Origin: Rebecca billardiae RCC1528
Lineage: Eukaryota > Protista > Haptophyta
Length of the DNA stretch: 64,000 nucleotides
Reading direction: 5' to 3'
Assembly: GCA_965240325.2 (NCBI GenBank)
Contig: OZ251245.1
Span: forward strand, 744,001-808,000
Shown here: positions 34,797-43,605 of the stretch, piece by piece
Position numbering within the stretch: the stretch's first letter is position 1
Layout of the letters: every line of letters starts with the position of its first letter
Notes under the pieces: model-generated
What the model saw: the letters and a program-made list of their open reading frames with translations, nothing else
The model's database searches: none
What the model was told of the DNA's origin: nothing
Program-made: the position numbers and the translations under genes

Positions 34797-35531
34797 TAAC
34801 GACGTGGCAGCATCCGACAAGCGTCAGGCTCAGAGTGCAACAGACACATAGAATGCGTCCGCGCCTTCCGTCCAGGTCAGACAGTGCGCCACCCGCAGCC
34901 CTGCCCCCCTACGGGAGCGGGGCCGGGATGGAGCACCGCCTCGGCCTGGGGCACGCGGCGGCGACGGCAGATGCCGCCGCGGCCGAGCGCCTTCCGGAGC
35001 ACTTGGATGAGGGTGAGGTCGTAGTCGATGTCGCCGCCCGCCGACCTAGCGGCGAGCAGCTCCGGCAAGCGGCAGCCGCGGCTGTCGCCCCCGTGCGCCC
35101 GTGTGGGCGCCTGGATGAGGATGAGGTCGTAGTACGCGTCGCCGCGCGCCGGCCAAGCGGCGCGCAGCTGCAGAAGAGGGGCTCGGAGAGTGAGCGCGCC
35201 GCCTAGCGCGCTCTGGGCGATGAAGCAGATGAGGTGGTAGTCGATGTCGCAGCCCGGCCCGCCGGCGGGCTGCTGCAGATGCAGTGCTTGATGCTGGGGA
35301 ACCTGGCCTCCGGGCGCGTCACACCCCGCACCCCCTGCCCCACCTAGGGTGGAGCGTGGGGCACGGAGGAGGCCAGCGCCAAGGGCCAGATGGGTGCAGC
35401 GGCGTCCACCTGCTGCATCGCCCCCCGAGGCGATGCAGCCGGCGGCCGGCTGGAGAAAGAGGGTGCCAGTGCCTATCCCGGACCCGCTGCGTGTGGTTGA
35501 TCTCCGCGTGCACGTGCCAGCGCAGAGCAGT
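34797..35531 (-). mobile_element. Truncated second copy of the 7516-10921 transposon (one end plus internal sequence, 735 bp in total)
   Basis: Near-identical reverse complement of 10186-10920. Only one TIR is present. Confidence 0.9.
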
Positions 35532-35924
35532 AAGCAGTATAAACAGCGCTCCCAAACCAATCAAGCCTGTTAGGGATCATTATCTAATCACCCTGCACCC
35601 ATCATCCAAGCTTGGGGGAACTTTAACTATATATGGGAACTTTCATGATCAGCAACGCGCGCCTAGATATAATATAAGGATGAAGCTTCGCGATTAACAG
35701 CGGGTTGACGTAACGCGTATCAATCATCAAAAATGTTTCAAAAATGTTACTCATTTGGGTGAACGGCTCAACGCGCACACTGATAATTAGTCGTCTGATA
35801 CTTGGTTCAGGCCATTACGGATCACATGCAAGGGCCGTGGTTCACACAAGGGCCCTTGGTTCACAGGACTTGGTTGGGGTTGCATCATCTCCCGGGGAGC
35901 GCAAGGTCCGCGTGGCCGCCAATC

Positions 35925-38705
35925 ATGCGCCAGCGGCGCGGCTGCTCGCCGCGCGGCGCCGCCGGCCCCTTCGCCGCCCTCCTCCTCCTCCTCGCGGTGT
36001 GCCCCGCCTGCGCCCGCCTCGTCATCGAGGCCGGTCCGCCGCACCTTCTCGGCGCCGAGCTGCTCGCCGCGCCGTTCGCGTTCACGCCCGCCGCGTTCGA
36101 CGTGCGCGCGCGGGTGGTGCTCACGCGCTCGGACGAGTGGGACGACGGGGCGTGCCCGCCCGTGTACGTCGGCCCGCAGTCGCTCGACGGCGCCATTGTC
36201 GTGCGGTATAGACCGTCGATCTCCGACTGCTCGTTCGAGTCGAACGCGCGCGGCGCGGGCGCTGCGGGCGCGGTCGGCTGGCTCATCTACAGCGCCGCGG
36301 CGGCCACGAGCTTCGACCCGTTGCCGGGGTGGCGGTACCACTACTTTTGGCCGGGCGACTCGCGCAGTCTGCCCCACCCGCCCGCCGCCGACATCACACA
36401 GCGCAGCGCGAGTCCGCTCGTCGATGCGCTCCTCGCCGGGCAGGAGGTGCACGCTCGCTTCACGCGCTCGGAGACAATGTGGGCGACGGTGCGCCTCTCG
36501 CCCGCGTGGGTCGTGCGCGACGTGCTGCTCATCGTGCAGTCTCCCGTGCTCATCGAGCTCATTGCCAACCGGCTGCGCGCGTTCTGGCGCGCGGACGGCC
36601 GGCTGTCGCCGGGCATCGCGCAGGCTGTGCTGCTGCTCGAGCTGTGCGCTCAGCTGGTGCGGCTGGTGCTACGGGCGGCGCAATCGGGAGGGCTGCCGTT
36701 CCCGGTGTGGATGCTCCTCACCGTCGCGCACATCTCGATCGGCGTCGTCGCGAGCACGCTCTTCCTGCTCTACTGGGCGCAGGCAGCCTGGCCCTCCGCC
36801 GGAGTCGACGGCGTGCGGTTCGCGTCTCCCACGCTCGCGCACAGCCCGCGCGCGCGCCGCTGGCTGCTTGCGTTCGTCGCAGCCATCGCGCTCCTCGGCA
36901 TGGGCCTGGGCGCGGTCTTCTTCGTGCCGGCGCCGGATGTCCTCATGGTCGTGCAGATCGTCATCACCGGCGTGCTGCTGCCGCTCCTCGTCCTCGTGCT
37001 CTCGCTGCACACGCACCTGCGCGCGCGCAAGGTGCTGCCGTCTCTGCCGCCTGGCGTCGCGCGCAGCCTGACGCGCTCGATGGCGTGCGCCAACGCAGCG
37101 TCTGCGGTCGCGCTGCTCGCGGGCGCGGGTCTGGCGGTCTCGACGGGGCACCCATGGCTCTTCGTCCTCCTGAGCTTCGTCTTCGCAAGCGCGCTCAACG
37201 TGAGCTCCGCCGTGCACGCCTCCACGTTTGCGCCCCTCGGCGTGAAGCTGGTCCCGGGGCCGCTCGAGCGCTGCGCGCGCGCTCTGCTCGCGGCCGCCGC
37301 TCGCCTGTGCTCGTTCGCGTGGCGCGCGGTGCGCCGGCTTTGCCGCTGCGACGCGAACGTGGCCAAGGCGGGCGAGGCCCGCCTCTCGGCCTACAGCGGG
37401 ACCTCCACCGAGCGCACGGAGGCCTCGGCCTCGGCCCAGGGCACGCCGCCGCAGCGGTCGCTCTTCACGACTCGGCCACACAAGATTGTCCCGGCGTCGA
37501 GCCACGCCGGTGCCGCGGCCGTCCAGCAGCCCGAGGCGCCCGTGCTTGAGGAAGAGCGGCCGCACCTGCTCCTGGGCGTGCAGCTGGGCTACGTGCGCAA
37601 GCTGCAGGCCGAGCTCCACGTCTTGCCACACCTCGCCTCCTACCAGGTCGCCGCTCTCGCCAGGCAGCTCTGTGCGTCGCTGCCCGCTCGGCGCATGCTC
37701 GGGTTCAGCGGGCCGGCAGGCCCGTGCTCAGTGGCGGAGATGGTGAGGGATCGGCACACGGCGGACGGCTGCCCGGTGGTGGCGCGCGCCAACCTGTTCG
37801 TCAGCCACGCGCAGCCCTGCAATTTTGACGGGATGCTCTCCGCCGTCGAGCTGTACGCACGCATCCACGACCTGAAGCCCACCGACACCTACCTCTGTGC
37901 GCGCCGCGCCGCGGCGAGATTGCATCTCGCGCACCGCCGGCGTGCGGGCGAGATCGCTTCTCGCGCACTGGCTGGCTCGCGCGTGGCGCGGCGCGGCCTC
38001 GCGCCACGCGGCCTGCTGCTCCTCCTGCGTGACGTTTGCACGGGGCGCGCGTGGCGGGTCCGCCCTGCCTCGGTCTCAAGACTGCTCACAGACAGCGCGC
38101 CCCGCGTGTGCCGCGCGCCGCGCGCTCACGGCGCAGGGATCGATGTGCTGTGCATGCGGCAAGGCATGCCCCGGCAGGAGGTCCGGTACATCGGCGACAT
38201 CGTGCGCGCGACCGGCCGAGTCGTGCTCGTGCTGCAGCCGTGGACGGCGCCCGTCTGCCTCACGCGCGCGTGGTGTCTCTGTACGCCCCGCACGCGCCCG
38301 TGCGCGCGGCCACCGCGGCGCGTGGCGCGTGGCGCGAACACGCGAACACGAGTGCGCGCCCTGACGGTCCGGCGACACACGCGCACTCCCCTGCCGCCCG
38401 CCACCGCAGTCGAGGTGCTCATGGCTGCCATGCAGGAGATGCCCGTCGGCATTGCGCTGCCCACCGCCGAGCTCCGCGCCGTCGCGGCGGCGCTCGCGAG
38501 CGACCCCTCCAGCTTCGACTCTGCGCTCACCAAGTTCGACGTGCGCGCCTCCGTGTCCTCCGTGGAGGAGGACAGGCGGATCATCTTTGGGATGCTCGAG
38601 GACCTCTTCGGCGATGCGGAGGCGGGCGCCGACGAGTTCAACCGGGCGACGCACGCCGCGTTGCGCCAGGCGCTGGCCGGCTTCTCGTGGTCCGCTGCCG
38701 TGTGA
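35925..38705 (+). CDS. Putative receptor: signal peptide + PA domain + 7TM + TIR/HET-like domain (~803 aa; introns 37897-38136 and 38281-38409)
   Basis: Signal FAALLLLLAVCPACA; PA motif LDGAIVVRYR…CSFESNARGAGAAGAVGWLIY…PAADITQRSASPL; seven hydrophobic helices. Splicing restores FVSHA…YL|WIDVLCMRQ…VVLVLQPW…LTRAWCL|FE. Confidence 0.8.
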   Translation: MRQRRGCSPRGAAGPFAALLLLLAVCPACARLVIEAGPPHLLGAELLAAPFAFTPAAFDVRARVVLTRSDEWDDGACPPVYVGPQSLDGAIVVRYRPSISDCSFESNARGAGAAGAVGWLIYSAAAATSFDPLPGWRYHYFWPGDSRSLPHPPAADITQRSASPLVDALLAGQEVHARFTRSETMWATVRLSPAWVVRDVLLIVQSPVLIELIANRLRAFWRADGRLSPGIAQAVLLLELCAQLVRLVLRAAQSGGLPFPVWMLLTVAHISIGVVASTLFLLYWAQAAWPSAGVDGVRFASPTLAHSPRARRWLLAFVAAIALLGMGLGAVFFVPAPDVLMVVQIVITGVLLPLLVLVLSLHTHLRARKVLPSLPPGVARSLTRSMACANAASAVALLAGAGLAVSTGHPWLFVLLSFVFASALNVSSAVHASTFAPLGVKLVPGPLERCARALLAAAARLCSFAWRAVRRLCRCDANVAKAGEARLSAYSGTSTERTEASASAQGTPPQRSLFTTRPHKIVPASSHAGAAAVQQPEAPVLEEERPHLLLGVQLGYVRKLQAELHVLPHLASYQVAALARQLCASLPARRMLGFSGPAGPCSVAEMVRDRHTADGCPVVARANLFVSHAQPCNFDGMLSAVELYARIHDLKPTDTYLCARRAAARLHLAHRRRAGEIASRALAGSRVARRGLAPRGLLLLLRDVCTGRAWRVRPASVSRLLTDSAPRVCRAPRAHGAGIDVLCMRQGMPRQEVRYIGDIVRATGRVVLVLQPWTAPVCLTRAWCLCTPRTRPCARPPRRVARGANTRTRVRALTVRRHTRTPLPPATAVEVLMAAMQEMPVGIALPTAELRAVAAALASDPSSFDSALTKFDVRASVSSVEEDRRIIFGMLEDLFGDAEAGADEFNRATHAALRQALAGFSWSAAV

Positions 38706-39001
38706 TCTCACCGCGGCAATCCCGCTCATCTCATCAGCTCTGACATTGGAGCGGGACTCGGCCCGTCGCCGCGGTCTGGCCTCAGGCTCAGTGCCATCAC
38801 GACTGCTTCATCAGTATGGAAAGGTGATAAATCAGACGACTGACATTGACTGGTGTCGCTTGCTCGTCGTCACGACGCACGGTGTGAGGCGGACTCATCT
38901 GCTCCTCATCATCAGCGGAATCTTCGGTACGTTGGCCGACCAACCCGGCTGCCGAATCTTGATCGACGAAAAAGATCCCGCCTACCGAAGGAGGCACCGC
39001 C

Positions 39002-39877
39002 ATGGCGGCGAAAGCCGCCCCGAACGGCGGAGCGTCGGGCGGACGCGGACGGCGCGCGCAGCAAGCGACGCTCGCAGGGCCTCGTGTCGTCATCGTCGGC
39101 GCAGGCTATGCTGGCCTCGCGCTGGCGCGCGCCCTGCAACTGGCTGGTGTGAGTGCAGTCGTCTACGAGCAGGACGGGCCGCCCAGCCAGATGCCCATCT
39201 ATGGCGAGCTTCGTGTGCCCTCAGCCGAGCGCGTGCTGACAGCGCTAGGCCTCCGACCGGAGTGGGAGGCACTGCGAGCGAATGGGTCGCAGCCGTACTG
39301 CCTGGACTTTCATGGCCTGCGCGACACTCTCGCCTCCAGCCTGCAGCGCGGCAGCTTGCACTGCGAGCGTCGGGTGGTGAGTGTGACGCGCCGAGGCACA
39401 GACAAACTCTGGCTCGAGTTCGCAGACGGCGGCGGCGTGGCCGCGCATCTCGCCGTGGTTGCGAGCGGCATGACTGTGCCGTGCGTCGCGCGAGAGGCCC
39501 TGCCGCAGACGGCGGCAGTGGGCGACGTTCGCTGGGCGCACGGGCGCTGGTGGGACTTTGGCTCAGGGCGTATCCGCTGCGGTGCCAACATGGCGCTGAC
39601 AGATGCCATGGAGCTGAGCGAGATGCTCCGGCGCGGAATCGAGCGTGGCGACGCCCCTCCGCTCGAACTCGGCGCGTTCGCCGCCTCCCGGCGCCGATGG
39701 CCAGATGGCAGCAGGAGGCGACTCACCCAGCCGCGACCGTGCCTGAGCCGCGTGCTCGTCATCCTCGCGGCCGCCACCACCGCCGCCACCGCCGCCACTG
39801 CACTCGCCACGTTCGCCACGAGACCGTCGCTGCCATCGGGCATCCTAGAGGGAGGCCGCACTCTGCACGCGCGATGA
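39002..39877 (+). CDS. Short FAD-dependent monooxygenase-like protein (possibly internally deleted)
   Basis: Rossmann motif VVIVGAGYAGLALARAL…VYEQ, degenerate DG motif (AHLAVVASG), and GD motif (AVGD…GANMALTDAMEL). Confidence 0.7.
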   Translation: MAAKAAPNGGASGGRGRRAQQATLAGPRVVIVGAGYAGLALARALQLAGVSAVVYEQDGPPSQMPIYGELRVPSAERVLTALGLRPEWEALRANGSQPYCLDFHGLRDTLASSLQRGSLHCERRVVSVTRRGTDKLWLEFADGGGVAAHLAVVASGMTVPCVAREALPQTAAVGDVRWAHGRWWDFGSGRIRCGANMALTDAMELSEMLRRGIERGDAPPLELGAFAASRRRWPDGSRRRLTQPRPCLSRVLVILAAATTAATAATALATFATRPSLPSGILEGGRTLHAR

Positions 39878-40028
39878 GTTATTGGTCGCGTTGTCACCAT
39901 TGCGCCGGTGCCGTCTCTGGCTGCCTGTGCTGTGATATCAGACTCAGTTGTTACGTTATTACTCGTTAGTGTGCTTGGGCAACCCGCTGAGGCTTACACG
40001 GCCGTTTCAGTACAATCGTATTTTGCAC

Positions 40029-43000
40029 TGTCAAAGGAATCGCCAATCTACAGTGATTTCCAATTTCCAATCCAACATTTTACTCGCAGTCACACAGTGG
40101 CGGCGCGACCGCTGCGGCGGCGCTCGCACAAAATCCTCCAAAATCAACCTGAACCTCATCCTAAAATACAGCAGGACAGCATGGCTGGCGGCGGCATCTC
40201 GAAGTATTCCAGATGATTCTGAATGAACGCGGAAACATGAGCCGAGCACCACGAACACGTTGTGCTCTCCGCCGCAAATAAGAGCCGAAGCCGTCGACCG
40301 ACCTCGCGACCGTCAAGCCTCGAGACGCGTTCCCTGACATGCTAGCACGGTGCTGGGAGAACTTGGGCAAGGATGGAGACGACGAGAACAGCGGCAAGGA
40401 CGTGAACGGCCATCAGCCCGCCCCAGTTGCTCCCCTCATTGGGTTGAAGCCAGGCGTGGCAGAGCGCGCGGCATTGCCGCGCTGCTCATCGGCGATCGCG
40501 CGCAAGCGCACGCCAGACTACCTCGCCGCTGCCCTGAGGGGCATGCAGGCTGAGAAGAACCGGCAAGGCGAGAAGCTCACGCTTCTCCGCAAGCCCATCT
40601 CCAGCGCCTCCGGGCCTGGCAACATCACTGACCTGAACTCAGGCAGCATCGTGTCGTATGCGCGCAATGCTGCATCGCACGCAAGGCCTCGAGCCGACAT
40701 CAAGGATCACCTTGAGGAGGAGGTTCGCGCACAGCGCGGTGAGGAGGAGCGTTGCCGCTCGCATCCCCCGCCATCGCGCCACTCCATCCGCACGCACGTC
40801 GTTGCGCAGGGGATCTCAACAACTACCGCCCGGGACTCTGCGCCCGCGAGCGCGGTTCAAGAGCGCGCGGCTGAGAGCCCGCAGCTCAAGGAGTGCCTTG
40901 CGGCCTCCGAGTCATCGAACGAGGTCACCGAGCGTTCCGGGGCAGATGTAGCGCTCGACGCTGCTGCCGCTGATGCCGCTCCGACCGTCGAGGCCCTCGA
41001 GCCTGCCAACGCTGCTCGGCGTGCTGGCCTTCTGGCCGCCGCCAATGACAGCGCGGTCGTGACCGCAGTCAGTCTGCAGCCTCGCTCGCACGACTCTGTG
41101 TCTGAGTCTGGCCGATCGAACGATGACATTAACACCGATGAGTGCGACGCAAACGACCTGTATGGTCTGGCAGAGCAAACTATGCTCCAAGATGCTACGA
41201 CACGTGACTCTGTCACAGCGAGCTCAAGCATCAAGTCAGCGGCCGCATTTATTATTGATGCGCCTGACCCAAACAAATACGTTTACCCCAAAATTACCAG
41301 CCTCACGATGGCTTCCGAAGCCGAGCTGCTCGCCACGAGCGACACAAGCAGCCGCGAGATGACCGCCGCAGAGACGGCAGAGTCCTCGTCTGGCACGTAT
41401 CGACTCGCGTCGAACGTAGGAAGCGCATGCGATGCAGGGGGGGCATCATACACCTGCTTGACGGCAAAGCCGCAGCAAAACCAAGTTGGCGAGCGCGACG
41501 CGCGTGCGCATGCATCAGCTGCGTCAGCCATCACAACGCCACACTCTTGCAAGGAAGAGTATTCCGCCGAAGCTGCCGCGGATGCACATGCATCACCGCT
41601 GGACAGAACGAGCGTGAAGAAGCCCAAAGAAGGCACCACAGCCTCGACGAGGGTCACTCCTCGCTCGAAGGTAGAGCGCGAATCGCCACAGAGCGCGCGC
41701 GACACATCGACCAATGCACTTGAGTCGAAGAAACGTGACTGGATAGTCATCGAAGGAGGAGTCACAGACTCTAATCCAACCAAGAAGGAACGTGTGTTCA
41801 TGGCACGCGAATCCTCGGCAGGAGTGGATACACCCGCCACACACAAGCTGACACAGTCGGCTCTGAAATCCAAGCGCGCGGTACACAGCGCGATACGGGA
41901 TGCACTCGCAGAAGTGAGCACCTACTACAAGGGCAAATCCTCAGATGTCACACCTGACATAATGGAGCCCAAGGATAGCAAGCTATCCGGCTTTCAACTC
42001 ATTGCCAAAGACAAATGGGTGAAAGACGCAGCCAAAATCGATCCATACAAGGCTGACAACGCTGACGCCAACAAGATCGGATCGGTCTACGATCGATCTG
42101 CGGCAGCGATATTCAAGCAGCTGAAGGACTCTATTGAGCCTCAGTTATTCGCCTATCTGGAATCGAAGCTGCACATCAGCGATCCGACCAAGAACTACTT
42201 GGATCTGGCGCTGCTGCTACAGATATTTGAGCGCGAGCTCAAGATCACAACTATGTCCGAACTCAGGGATGAATTCCTGAAGTTATACCCGACAAAGGTG
42301 TCGCCCATTGGCGCATCGGACATTATCAAGAAATCCGTCGAGCAAGTCCGCTCATCTCGATATGGGAATCTGGACGATGCTACGATGTTGGTCTTCAAGC
42401 TGTATAACAGCATGCACGACCATCCCCAAGTCTACGAGTCAGTTATCTCGCACTTCGGAGCGCTCACGCCCGAGCAATGTGTGGATAACACTGACCAGAT
42501 AATGGCCCAGATGGAAGATGCCTACAAACGGCACGGCTCAATGAAGCTACTCCATCAGAACAATACCAAGGGGAGAGAGACCGAAAATTATTCCAAGATA
42601 CGCCAAAATGCTGATTATCAGCAAGGCACGCGGCGACGCGGTGACTTTGAGGGCGCCGAAGTCTTCGCCGCTCAGGCCCAAAAGGCTCCAGCCAATGGCG
42701 AGAGCGGGCCGAATAACTCGGACACCGGCAAACGGTGCACTCACTGTGGTCTCAAGAACCATACTGCCCAGCAGTGTTGGAAGCTCCACCCAGAGCTACG
42801 CCCCAAGGCCAACAATTACAACAAAGGCAAAAACAAGGGAGCCAACAAATTTCCCAAGGAGCGTATCCATTTCCTGGATATTCCTGCTCCGGATGCCTAT
42901 GATTAAATATCAAGGCAGGGCATAGCCCAATAACAAGGTCCAAGATCAAGGCCAAAGAGTGAACATATGGTGCAAATAAGCCCAGGACTGACTCGGGTTA

Positions 43001-43482
43001 CCCAAAACCGTCACACGGAAGTCCCAGCACATGACCCGTATCCTGGCATTGGCAACCATTACTGACTCCAATTCACTCATGCACACAGATGCACAAACAA
43101 TACCAAGCCCAAAATCACTCATAATCCAAGCTTAGTCCTCACAGACGAGCGCATATTGGATTGAGGGGGGGTGTCAAAGGAATCGCCAATCTACAGTGAT
43201 TTCCAATTTCCAATCCAACATTTTACTCGCAGTCACACAGTGGCGGCGCGACCGCTGCGGCGGCGCTCGCACAAAATCCTCCAAAATCAACCTGAACCTC
43301 ATCCTAAAATACAGCAGGACAGCATGGCTGGCGGCGGCATCTCGAAGTATTCCAGATGATTCTGAATGAACGCGGAAACATGAGCCGAGCACCACGAACA
43401 CGTTGTGCTCTCCGCCGCAAATAAGAGCCGAAGCCGTCGACCGACCTCGCGACCGTCAAGCCTCGAGACGCGTTCCCTGACA
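40029..43482 (+). mobile_element. Gag-only Ty1/copia-type LTR retrotransposon, copy 1
   Basis: 311-bp LTRs (40029-40339 and 43172-43482, TGTCA…TGACA) with no differences seen. TSD TGCAC. PPT TTGAGGGGGGG before the 3' LTR. No pol. Confidence 0.96.
40339..42906 (+). CDS. gag: Extended Gag protein (855 aa) with CCHC zinc knuckle
   Basis: Copia-type knuckle CTHCGLKNHTAQQCWKLHPELRP, preceded by a helical capsid-like region and a long Ser/Ala/Thr-rich N-terminal extension. Confidence 0.88.
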   Translation: MLARCWENLGKDGDDENSGKDVNGHQPAPVAPLIGLKPGVAERAALPRCSSAIARKRTPDYLAAALRGMQAEKNRQGEKLTLLRKPISSASGPGNITDLNSGSIVSYARNAASHARPRADIKDHLEEEVRAQRGEEERCRSHPPPSRHSIRTHVVAQGISTTTARDSAPASAVQERAAESPQLKECLAASESSNEVTERSGADVALDAAAADAAPTVEALEPANAARRAGLLAAANDSAVVTAVSLQPRSHDSVSESGRSNDDINTDECDANDLYGLAEQTMLQDATTRDSVTASSSIKSAAAFIIDAPDPNKYVYPKITSLTMASEAELLATSDTSSREMTAAETAESSSGTYRLASNVGSACDAGGASYTCLTAKPQQNQVGERDARAHASAASAITTPHSCKEEYSAEAAADAHASPLDRTSVKKPKEGTTASTRVTPRSKVERESPQSARDTSTNALESKKRDWIVIEGGVTDSNPTKKERVFMARESSAGVDTPATHKLTQSALKSKRAVHSAIRDALAEVSTYYKGKSSDVTPDIMEPKDSKLSGFQLIAKDKWVKDAAKIDPYKADNADANKIGSVYDRSAAAIFKQLKDSIEPQLFAYLESKLHISDPTKNYLDLALLLQIFERELKITTMSELRDEFLKLYPTKVSPIGASDIIKKSVEQVRSSRYGNLDDATMLVFKLYNSMHDHPQVYESVISHFGALTPEQCVDNTDQIMAQMEDAYKRHGSMKLLHQNNTKGRETENYSKIRQNADYQQGTRRRGDFEGAEVFAAQAQKAPANGESGPNNSDTGKRCTHCGLKNHTAQQCWKLHPELRPKANNYNKGKNKGANKFPKERIHFLDIPAPDAYD

Positions 43483-43501
43483 TGCACACTTATTGGCGCG
43501 T

Positions 43502-43538
43502 TCTCGCCTGCCTGAGCTGTGTGCGTCTCTTATTCTGG
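43502..43538 (-). repeat. Dispersed repeat R1, copy 4 (inverted), in the spacer between the two LTR elements
   Basis: TCTCGCCTGCCTGAGCTGTGTGCGTCTCTTATTCTGG is the reverse complement of the R1 core. Confidence 0.85.
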
Positions 43539-43605
43539 CCCGCGGTGCAGGGCGGAGCGCGTAGCGTGGAGCCCCGCCGGGGGCCCTCACTACGTTGTCA
43601 AAAAG

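Noticed and set aside
42907-43171. Protease/pol remnant after gag (a TDSG peptide occurs)
   Set aside because: It lacks the hydrophobic W-x-x-DSGA context, is surrounded by stops, and there is no room for pol.
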